Of a stretch of DNA of 32,000 nucleotides, positions 25,761-32,000 are shown piece by piece. Position numbers and translations under genes: made by a program. The notes beneath the pieces were generated by a model. That model searched no databases and was not told the origin of the DNA. It saw only the letters and a program-made list of their open reading frames with translations. Position 1 is the stretch's first letter. Each line of letters opens with the position of its first letter. The stretch is from Cylindrospermopsis raciborskii Cr2010 (GTDB lineage: Bacteria > Cyanobacteriota > Cyanobacteriia > Cyanobacteriales > Nostocaceae): positions 60,001 to 92,000 of the forward strand of contig NZ_CP065936.1 of the NCBI RefSeq assembly GCF_003367075.2, written 5' to 3'.

Positions 25761-26672
25761 ATGAAAAAGAACTTATTTCCCACACTATCTGGCATAACTC
25801 TATTAGCTCTCCTCGGATCATTGCCAATGATTGCAAGCGCCCAAACAGCTGATCGCTCAGCCCCAGTTCCCACTCTACAACTAAATATCACAACAGGTGG
25901 TGATGACTTGCGGGAAGGTAGCGTGGCCTATGCTGAAATTCGTCTTCGAGACGGTAGAACCTTACCAAAAACCAATTTAAATGGTGGTAGAGGTTTGGGT
26001 GGTAACTCCAGAAACTCCTTTTCCGTATCTTTACCCACTGGGATACAACTGGGCGATCTAGATGGATCCCTTCTTACTATTAGTCACGACGGCGCACCCC
26101 GCCGCTTTCCTGATGGATATGACAACTGGAATGTGGATGCTATGAGTGTAACAACTGCACGAGTTTGCTCCGGTGGGTTGTCTGTATCTAGCGCTACGGG
26201 TAGTCCTTGGGTTCGTTTTACCGGCGGCAAAACCTTTGAAGCCGTACCCTTTCGTGCCCCAGATACATCCCGTGAAGCCAGTCCTTCATCTCTAGGATTA
26301 AAGATAGTAACAGGTGGTGATGACCTACGAGAGGGTAGTGTGGCCTATGCTGAAATTCGTCTTCGAGACGGTAGAACATTACCTAGGGTGAACTTGACTG
26401 GTGGTAGGGGACTGACGGGTAACTCAGTTCGCAATTTTTCTGTATCTCTACCTGCAGGTACACGACTGGGCGATCTTGCAACCTTCACCTTGTCCCATGA
26501 TGGTGCGCCGCGTCGTCCCTTCGATGGCTATGATAATTGGAATGTGGATAGTTTGAATGTGACCACACCTGAAGTTTGCTCTAGCGTATCACTTGCTAAC
26601 CTCTCTGGCCGTCCTTGGGTTCGTTTTACCGGTGGCAAAACCTTTGAAACGGTAACACTACGTGTGCGATAA
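25761..26672 (+). CDS. Secreted protein made of two tandem ~127-aa PLAT/LH2-like repeats (family assignment tentative)
   Basis: Signal peptide MKKNLFPTLSGITLLALLGSLPMIASA-QT; each repeat reads TGGDDLREGSVAYAEIRLRDGRTLP...FSVSLP...LGDL...SHDGAPRR..DGYDNWNVD...V, echoing the PLAT pattern (...LG.L..I.I.HDN.G...W.L..V.V). Confidence 0.8.
   Translation: MKKNLFPTLSGITLLALLGSLPMIASAQTADRSAPVPTLQLNITTGGDDLREGSVAYAEIRLRDGRTLPKTNLNGGRGLGGNSRNSFSVSLPTGIQLGDLDGSLLTISHDGAPRRFPDGYDNWNVDAMSVTTARVCSGGLSVSSATGSPWVRFTGGKTFEAVPFRAPDTSREASPSSLGLKIVTGGDDLREGSVAYAEIRLRDGRTLPRVNLTGGRGLTGNSVRNFSVSLPAGTRLGDLATFTLSHDGAPRRPFDGYDNWNVDSLNVTTPEVCSSVSLANLSGRPWVRFTGGKTFETVTLRVR
25875..26669 (+). repeat. Internal tandem duplication (period 417 nt = 139 codons) within the secreted-protein gene
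   Basis: Repeat 1 aa 39-165, repeat 2 aa 178-303; a 38-nt block is identical between them (25923-25960 = 26340-26377). Confidence 0.9.
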
Positions 26673-26793
26673 TTATTAATTATGTGATACGTTGAGTATT
26701 CGAGAGCGGTAGGCTTCAAAATCACCGATTTTAATTGAACGCCAATAAGCCGATCGCTTTTCCTGGGTTGAGTGGGAATTACTTTAGTACCAC

Positions 26794-27027
26794 CTATTCT
26801 CCATAAATCTCTTCGAATACAGATGTTAGCCCCGCATTTAAATCTTGCAGTGCTGCATCGATACTTTCATAAGTTTCTTTTCCTTCCCAAAGTGTTCCAC
26901 CACAATCTAGTGCACGGATAAAAGAATTTAAGGGACCATTGTCATCGTAGCCAATTTCAATCAAACCTTCATGTTCATCAACCCATCGAGCAATATTCGG
27001 ATAGGTTTTTTCGAATGAAACTTTCAT
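26794..27027 (-). CDS. Small acidic hypothetical protein (77 aa)
   Basis: Clean ORF on the same strand, 102 bp downstream of the nuclease gene; no motif recognised. Confidence 0.5.
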   Translation of the reverse strand: MKVSFEKTYPNIARWVDEHEGLIEIGYDDNGPLNSFIRALDCGGTLWEGKETYESIDAALQDLNAGLTSVFEEIYGE

Positions 27028-27129
27028 ATTTTCCCAAGTTCGCTAAAATACTAACTATATCTTACCAAAAGTGTTGCAAGAATGCACCCTCAAATCGGGG
27101 ACCTCCATTATCATAAAATTACCTCCTGC

Positions 27130-28548
27130 TTAATTATCACCTAGTACAATCAGATCACGTAGATAATAAAACTGATCAGTCCTCCAATCCGTACCTCTTT
27201 TTTTACCCAAATATCCTGTCAGAGGTGATGATAGTTCTATCAATATTTCGTGCATCTCTTCAAGTTTTAATGGGACTGATGAGGGTGTGCCAAAATAAAC
27301 GCCATGTAAATTACCTACCATTGCAAATTCTAGTCCTGAATTGCGCAAATATTCCTTGACTAATCTCACCAGATGGGATCGTATCTTGATTTGCTTCTCT
27401 ACTTTTTCTATATATTCGTCAATCCCATCATCTATTTGACCAGGTTCTAAATATTCCTTTAATTCTAGAAGATTTACTGCTCCTGGATATGTGGCTTTTA
27501 GTTGCACTAATTTTTGTAATGTCATGGCTTTGATAATACTAGTTTTGGAAATTTTGGCAGATCTGATCAACGATTGTTGCAGCTGTTTGGTAGGACCACC
27601 CGGTCCAATAATTAAACGCACTGCTTGCAAATAATTTTCTTGCAAGTGTCTTTTAGCAATTCTATCTAATTCTTCTACTGCACGGTCTGGAATACTTTTA
27701 CCAGATTTACATTCACAAACTAGAGGAAACGGGTCAGAACAATATAAATCTAACCCTCCTACACCCCCTTTATAGCTATTTTCTACTCTAAATCCCAAAA
27801 ATTCTAAACCTCGTCGACAAATATTCTCAAAGTCTGTACCTGCTTGATAGTTACTTTTCCTCTCTTCTAGTTCTATACTTCTATCCCCTAAAAAGGAAAT
27901 GGTTTTTATCCAATCTAAATCAGAATTTACAGTCCCTTTCTGTTTAACATTACTCCATCCTAGAAATTCTCTAATTTCCTGTTGTAATTGCTGGTAAACA
28001 GGAAATTCTGGGCTACTTTTCATCAGGGATGATAACAGACTATCTAGTTTTTCTATTTGAGGGTGTAAAGGAGGTTGGCGATTTTCTAGTCTTTTCTGAC
28101 GTTGAAGAAACACATAATCATCTAATACAGGTTGATTTTCTGACGTATATATATCATCTAAAGGTATGAATTTTCCCAGCTTTTGCTCAATGTTGGGGAA
28201 TGTTTTAACTTTGACAAATGTATCTAAATAGTAAACCCGTAAATGAGCTAGAAAAAAATGCGGACGTTTTTCTAGTATTTGCCGAAAAAAATCTGGTTCC
28301 CGCATGGTTAACTGAGCTAGAATGTCTAAAGGACCGGTTTTATCAATAATTTGACAACCTTGACATCTAGCCCAACATTTTATTAAAACTTCTTGAGAAT
28401 TCAGATCAGCTGGAAACAAGGCAAAAGCCTGTCCACTACCCATTAGTAACTTCTGTGGTATAACACTAATAATTCGTCCTTGTATTAGGTGTTCAATATC
28501 AATATCTGGTAAGCAGAGGGCATTATAAATTAAGACAGATTTACTCAT
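27130..28548 (-). CDS. PD-(D/E)xK (Mrr/restriction-endonuclease-type) nuclease fused to unassigned N- and C-terminal domains
   Basis: ...TDFENICRRGLEFLGFRVENSYKGGVGGLD267LYCSDPFPLVCE279CK281SGK... (27706-27750) fits the Mrr_cat pattern FE..(h)..G(F/Y).V...GG(I/L)D(I/L)...(h)(h).(E/Q)CK; starts 22 bp after the ATPase stop. Confidence 0.75.
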   Translation of the reverse strand: MSKSVLIYNALCLPDIDIEHLIQGRIISVIPQKLLMGSGQAFALFPADLNSQEVLIKCWARCQGCQIIDKTGPLDILAQLTMREPDFFRQILEKRPHFFLAHLRVYYLDTFVKVKTFPNIEQKLGKFIPLDDIYTSENQPVLDDYVFLQRQKRLENRQPPLHPQIEKLDSLLSSLMKSSPEFPVYQQLQQEIREFLGWSNVKQKGTVNSDLDWIKTISFLGDRSIELEERKSNYQAGTDFENICRRGLEFLGFRVENSYKGGVGGLDLYCSDPFPLVCECKSGKSIPDRAVEELDRIAKRHLQENYLQAVRLIIGPGGPTKQLQQSLIRSAKISKTSIIKAMTLQKLVQLKATYPGAVNLLELKEYLEPGQIDDGIDEYIEKVEKQIKIRSHLVRLVKEYLRNSGLEFAMVGNLHGVYFGTPSSVPLKLEEMHEILIELSSPLTGYLGKKRGTDWRTDQFYYLRDLIVLGDN

Positions 28549-28570
28549 AATTCATTAATACTAGGCAATT

Positions 28571-30511
28571 TTAACCGAAAAGATCAGCTAAGTCATCTTC
28601 TTTTTCTGCTTCATTTATATCAGAATTAGAGAACAATTCCTCTATAATGTCTTCATCACTGACCTGAATCATGGTTCCAGATGGATCACTGAGAATTTCT
28701 CTCAATAAGAGATTATCAAAGGTAATTTTGTTTTGGCGAATAATATCAAAAATCTCCTGTTCAGTTAGTTGGTAATTTTCTCGCTTTTGATAAATATGCA
28801 ATATTGCTATGAGTGGTCGAATTTGATTGTCGATTAGATCTACATTTTCTCCTCCTTTTTCTGATATCAATTCATTGAGTAACTTATAGCTCTCTGATTT
28901 TTTCTTCATTTGTTCTATCTTAGCATAAGAACGAACCAAACAGCCACGAGTCAAATCAAATGTTTCATAATCATTTAAGCGCTTCAAGCAAGCATTTAAT
29001 GTGAAAAGAGTATCCTGAACAACTGCTAAACCAATTTTTACCAGTCTTCCATTCTCATGTCCAACAATTTTGAACCTGATAAAATTCTTATTTTTACTCT
29101 TTGGTTGCACATCATCAATAATTTCTTCTATCATTACTTGTTCTAGCACCTGTCCTTTTAAAGTGGTAAATCCAAAATACAGAGCTTCTGCAATCAGGTC
29201 GCTATCCTCTGAATAATCTTTAATATCAGTAGCCATTTCCCTAGTAAATCCCAGTTCAAATCTGGAAGCAGGATCTTGAGGAAGCTGTTCTTCTTGTACA
29301 CGAAAATTGTTGGCGCACCATTGTAAGGCCTCTCTAACAGTTGGTTTATTTTTACCATATTCTTTAAGTTGGCTTTCTGAAAATGGATAAAGTATATGGG
29401 GAGGAATTAAATTTTTTGAAGTATAATATTCATTGAGCCATATAGCGACTATATCTAATATGGAGTTTGTGTTGAGAGGTTCTAAATCTATGGGTTTTCG
29501 TTGGGTAAACTTAGAAATTCGGTGAGGTGTACCATCGAGGAGAGAATTGACCTGCTCTTTCCATACTGCTGGTAACATTACCGTAATAATAACTACTCCT
29601 TTGCCCAAGTCTGAGTTTTCTAGGGTGTCATGAAGAATTTTTACAAAAGTGGCGATCACGGTTCCTGTAGGATACCCATCTTCTGTTGAGTTATTTTTGA
29701 CATCCATTTCATCAAAACAAATGACAACTGAGTTATAATAACTAACCAAATTGAGAACTTGTTGGATATTTTTCAGAGCTTCTGCTTCTCTCTCCTGATT
29801 AGTTCTACTAGGATTAGGTAGTCCCAACTCATGAGCATTTGCTTCAGATAACTCTTCACCAGATAGCCATCTAATAGCAAAGGGAGCTTGAGTTTCTGAC
29901 AGTGTCCACAGGATGGCACGAATAATATAGGGATCTGCATCGGGTCTATTTTTCATTACCATTCTTTGGAGAACATTCATCAAGTCTTGATTAGTTCCTT
30001 GCTTCTTCTTATAGGTTTTATCAAAGTTTTTTATTAATTCTGCAGCAGGTTTAGTATTCTCTCTATTTTCACTAGCCATAGCTGTAGCAACTTCTTGCCA
30101 TTGCATTACTCCTTGACTACCAGTTTTGCTCAAACTATCTGCTAGGGTTTGTTGAAATTGATACTTTACTAAATTTAAATCAGTATAATTATTAGCACTT
30201 GCATAAATAAACAAAGCACCTCCCTCTTTTTCTAATTGATGACGAATTCGACTCAAAAGATGAGTTTTACCAACTCCTTGCTGTGCGGTAATGGCAATAG
30301 AAGTTATTTTATCTTGACTATGTTTTGTCTGACGAACAAACTCAATGGCTTCAAATATCTTTTTAGAAGCATGCTGGTTTAATGTTGTCACATCAGGAAA
30401 TCCTTTACCCCAAATATTCTGTTCTTTAACAATGCCCGCATTGATAAAAGGATTGTGACTATTAATAGCAGCATTGACGGATTCTATGGGCGAACTCGGT
30501 GTGTTTGTCAT
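28571..30511 (-). CDS. P-loop NTPase (AAA+/STAND-like) of unknown family
   Basis: Walker A AQQGVGKT (30263-30286), Walker B VVICFDEMD (29702-29728), then VVIITVMLP (sensor-1-like strand); acidic C-terminal tail ...DEDIIEELFSNSDINEAEKEDDLADLFG. Confidence 0.8.
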   Translation of the reverse strand: MTNTPSSPIESVNAAINSHNPFINAGIVKEQNIWGKGFPDVTTLNQHASKKIFEAIEFVRQTKHSQDKITSIAITAQQGVGKTHLLSRIRHQLEKEGGALFIYASANNYTDLNLVKYQFQQTLADSLSKTGSQGVMQWQEVATAMASENRENTKPAAELIKNFDKTYKKKQGTNQDLMNVLQRMVMKNRPDADPYIIRAILWTLSETQAPFAIRWLSGEELSEANAHELGLPNPSRTNQEREAEALKNIQQVLNLVSYYNSVVICFDEMDVKNNSTEDGYPTGTVIATFVKILHDTLENSDLGKGVVIITVMLPAVWKEQVNSLLDGTPHRISKFTQRKPIDLEPLNTNSILDIVAIWLNEYYTSKNLIPPHILYPFSESQLKEYGKNKPTVREALQWCANNFRVQEEQLPQDPASRFELGFTREMATDIKDYSEDSDLIAEALYFGFTTLKGQVLEQVMIEEIIDDVQPKSKNKNFIRFKIVGHENGRLVKIGLAVVQDTLFTLNACLKRLNDYETFDLTRGCLVRSYAKIEQMKKKSESYKLLNELISEKGGENVDLIDNQIRPLIAILHIYQKRENYQLTEQEIFDIIRQNKITFDNLLLREILSDPSGTMIQVSDEDIIEELFSNSDINEAEKEDDLADLFG

Positions 30512-30594
30512 TGTTGTTGTTATGTTTAAGGAATAGGAAACTTCAAAAAGAAAAATGAAGTTCTTGTATTGAGTTAAATTGAGTTGGAAGCATT

Positions 30595-31278
30595 TTAAAC
30601 TAACCGTTTAGCGTAAGACCGCAGTTGAGTTCCGGGAATAAGAATACTGTCTTCCTGTTTATCAGCGGTGAAATCTGGTATTTCCCCGGAAATGAGCTGT
30701 AAAATATCATCAGCTTGCATTTCTACTAACCACTGATTGAACTTTCCCCTCTCCACTCTTTCTCCTATTTCTCTTCTCAGTCTATAAATTGGAACTAAGT
30801 TGTCAAAATTGTATTGATTATCCAAAAGACTATAAACTTCTAATAATACGGATTTAAATTCCTCATAGGAAGCAATAACCTTACTATTAGTAGATTCACT
30901 AGCTTTTATTTCCGGTGTTGATGGTGTTGAGTGGGATTGACGTAGTAAAAGCAATAAAGCATTAGCAACCCAAGCACCAACGTTCTTATCAAATTTAAAT
31001 TCCTTATTAGAGAGTCCATTGTGTAAAGTATTAATACCCACAGGTATGGTGATTGTATAACTAACCGTCGCACCTTTCTTTGTGATGGTAATAGCACCAT
31101 CTGCTTCTAAATGTTCTATTATTTGCTGATAGTCAATCATTCTTTGACCTTTAGAGACTATGCGCTTGCCTAACTGACCTTTGGTTACCTTCTGCTCCCC
31201 TGCTCCTAAATCCCATAATGCCAGTAGCAGTCTGGTCTGAGCATAGTTTCCTTGTAATCCTTGTTTTTTTGAAGCCAT
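30595..31278 (-). CDS. Predicted DNA-binding protein with winged-helix-like N- and C-terminal halves
   Basis: N-terminal ...TRLLLALWDLGAGEQKVTKGQLGKRI...IIEHLEADGAITITKKGATVSYTIT... has helix-turn-helix plus beta-wing character; C-terminal ...LVPIYRLRREIGERVERGKFNQWLVEMQADDILQLISGE... is similar in type. Assignment by eye only. Confidence 0.55.
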   Translation of the reverse strand: MASKKQGLQGNYAQTRLLLALWDLGAGEQKVTKGQLGKRIVSKGQRMIDYQQIIEHLEADGAITITKKGATVSYTITIPVGINTLHNGLSNKEFKFDKNVGAWVANALLLLLRQSHSTPSTPEIKASESTNSKVIASYEEFKSVLLEVYSLLDNQYNFDNLVPIYRLRREIGERVERGKFNQWLVEMQADDILQLISGEIPDFTADKQEDSILIPGTQLRSYAKRLV

Positions 31279-31342
31279 ACTTCTTAGTTCCTAAACAACT
31301 CTAACAATCTTAACACTTAATGGTACTCTTTTTATTACCAAA

Positions 31343-31356
31343 ATTCACGGGTGAAT
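31343..31356. promoter_or_regulatory. Perfect 6-2-6 palindrome upstream of the wHTH gene (candidate operator)
   Basis: ATTCAC-GG-GTGAAT, 65-78 nt upstream of the ATG at 31278. Confidence 0.35.
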
Positions 31357-31397
31357 AACTACCTATCTGAGACTTCCTAACTTTTACTTAGACGCAA

Positions 31398-31847
31398 CTA
31401 CCCCTTGTTTTTAATCAACATAACATCAACAATTTTTGAAGCTACTTCCTCCGATAAGTCTAAAGCTTTATATAAATCACCCAAAAGATCTTCTTCCTCC
31501 TGAGTAACTTCCCCATCTGCTAAAATAAGATCCGAAACCACAGCAAAAGCAGTTTCATGCAAATCACGAGGTAGGGAAGAAACAGCAGATTGAAGAAGAT
31601 TACTAAATCCGTCTCTTTTTATCAAAAACAACAATCTATCAAACAACTTTCGTATCACATCAGTAGAATAACTACGAAATAACTTCATCCTATTTAGCGA
31701 AGCCATTAAACCTAATACCTCTTCATCTGAACAGTATCCATCTGCAGTAATTGAAATAAGGGCAATACCAGCTAAAGCCTCTGCAGGACTCATAACGGTC
31801 TGATTTTCATTACGCAACTGTGAAAAACGATTTCCAAACAAAGCCAT
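31398..31847 (-). CDS. TerB-family (tellurite-resistance TerB domain) protein
   Basis: 149 aa; two TerB-type repeats ...ISITADGYCSDEEVLGLMASL... and ...DLILADGEVTQEEEDLLGDLYKALDL... Confidence 0.75.
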   Translation of the reverse strand: MALFGNRFSQLRNENQTVMSPAEALAGIALISITADGYCSDEEVLGLMASLNRMKLFRSYSTDVIRKLFDRLLFLIKRDGFSNLLQSAVSSLPRDLHETAFAVVSDLILADGEVTQEEEDLLGDLYKALDLSEEVASKIVDVMLIKNKG

Positions 31848-31909
31848 AAGTGCCTCCTACAAGACGTGTTAAATTTAGAACAAAAACGGCTTTTACATCT
31901 AGCGCAAAA

Positions 31910-31938
31910 ATTATACTAGACTTTCACCTAAGTTTCAA
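31910..31938 (-). promoter_or_regulatory. Near-consensus sigma-70-type promoter for the TerB gene (and possibly the genes downstream)
   Basis: On the minus strand TTGAAA (31938-31933), 17-bp spacer, TATAAT (31915-31910); about 63 nt upstream of the ATG at 31847. Confidence 0.5.
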
Positions 31939-31970
31939 AATGACCATAGCAAGTTACATCATCCCGTTAC

Positions 31971-31988
31971 ATCTATCTCAAGATAGAT
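31971..31988. promoter_or_regulatory. Perfect 8-2-8 palindrome upstream of the predicted promoter
   Basis: ATCTATCT-CA-AGATAGAT; 33 bp upstream of the -35 box; could be an operator, or a hairpin ending a gene outside the window. Confidence 0.35.
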
Positions 31989-32000
31989 ATTTAACTCGTT

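Noticed and set aside
25592-25891. 99-aa minus-strand ORF spanning the ccdA end and the start of the secreted-protein gene
   Set aside because: It overlaps two well-supported + strand genes and the intergenic promoter region, and nothing supports it as coding.
3827-31100. Short ORFs from the six-frame track that lie entirely inside longer, well-supported genes on the opposite strand or another frame. Examples: 3827-4051, 4599-4922, 7613-7810, 8203-8403, 9068-9325, 9924-10205, 11158-11406, 11744-11959, 13050-13250, 14467-14703, 14764-14955, 16363-16743, 16959-17231, 18067-18294, 18352-18552, 18619-18825, 20579-20809, 20664-20900, 22695-22895, 23245-23433, 24502-24687, 24636-24923, 26528-26725, 30906-31100
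   Set aside because: They are shadow ORFs of genes with clear family motifs. Their translations are low-complexity or biased, lack RBS context and carry no recognisable motif.
1-32000. Search for transposases, integrases, IS inverted repeats, rRNA, tmRNA/RNase P/SRP RNA motifs and short tandem heptamer (STRR) repeats
   Set aside because: I recognised none by eye. The only RNA gene I can support is tRNA-Thr, and the only mobile-DNA hints are the short direct repeats reported as findings.

Overview
This 32-kb chromosomal window looks like a gas-vacuolate, heterocyst-forming (Nostocales-type) cyanobacterium. Supporting features: a tandem array of at least five gvpA genes at the left edge, uninterrupted uptake-hydrogenase genes hupS-hupL, pxcA/cemA, rplU-rpmA, a cruF/cruG-like carotenoid pair, a thioredoxin-like/ccdA pair, one tRNA-Thr(CGU) and five HIP1 (GCGATCGC) sites. 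Most of 2-19.6 kb is ordinary core genome. Three patches look accessory. (i) 19.7-21.4 kb holds a decayed Uma2-family gene followed by a GC-rich, self-inhibited (class II) Fic gene bracketed by a 9-bp direct repeat. (ii) 25.8-26.7 kb encodes a GC-richer secreted protein built from two PLAT-like repeats. (iii) 26.8-31.9 kb is an AT-rich minus-strand block: TerB, wHTH protein, P-loop ATPase, PD-(D/E)xK nuclease fusion, small acidic protein. The wHTH/ATPase/nuclease triad (27130-31278) is my best candidate for an undescribed, defence-like (NTPase-coupled nuclease) system. I cannot match its architecture to any named system from memory, so this needs HMM and structure searches. I saw no CRISPR array, transposase, integrase or rRNA. 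All calls come from reading ORF translations, motifs and repeats by eye; no database search or computation beyond hand counts was possible.
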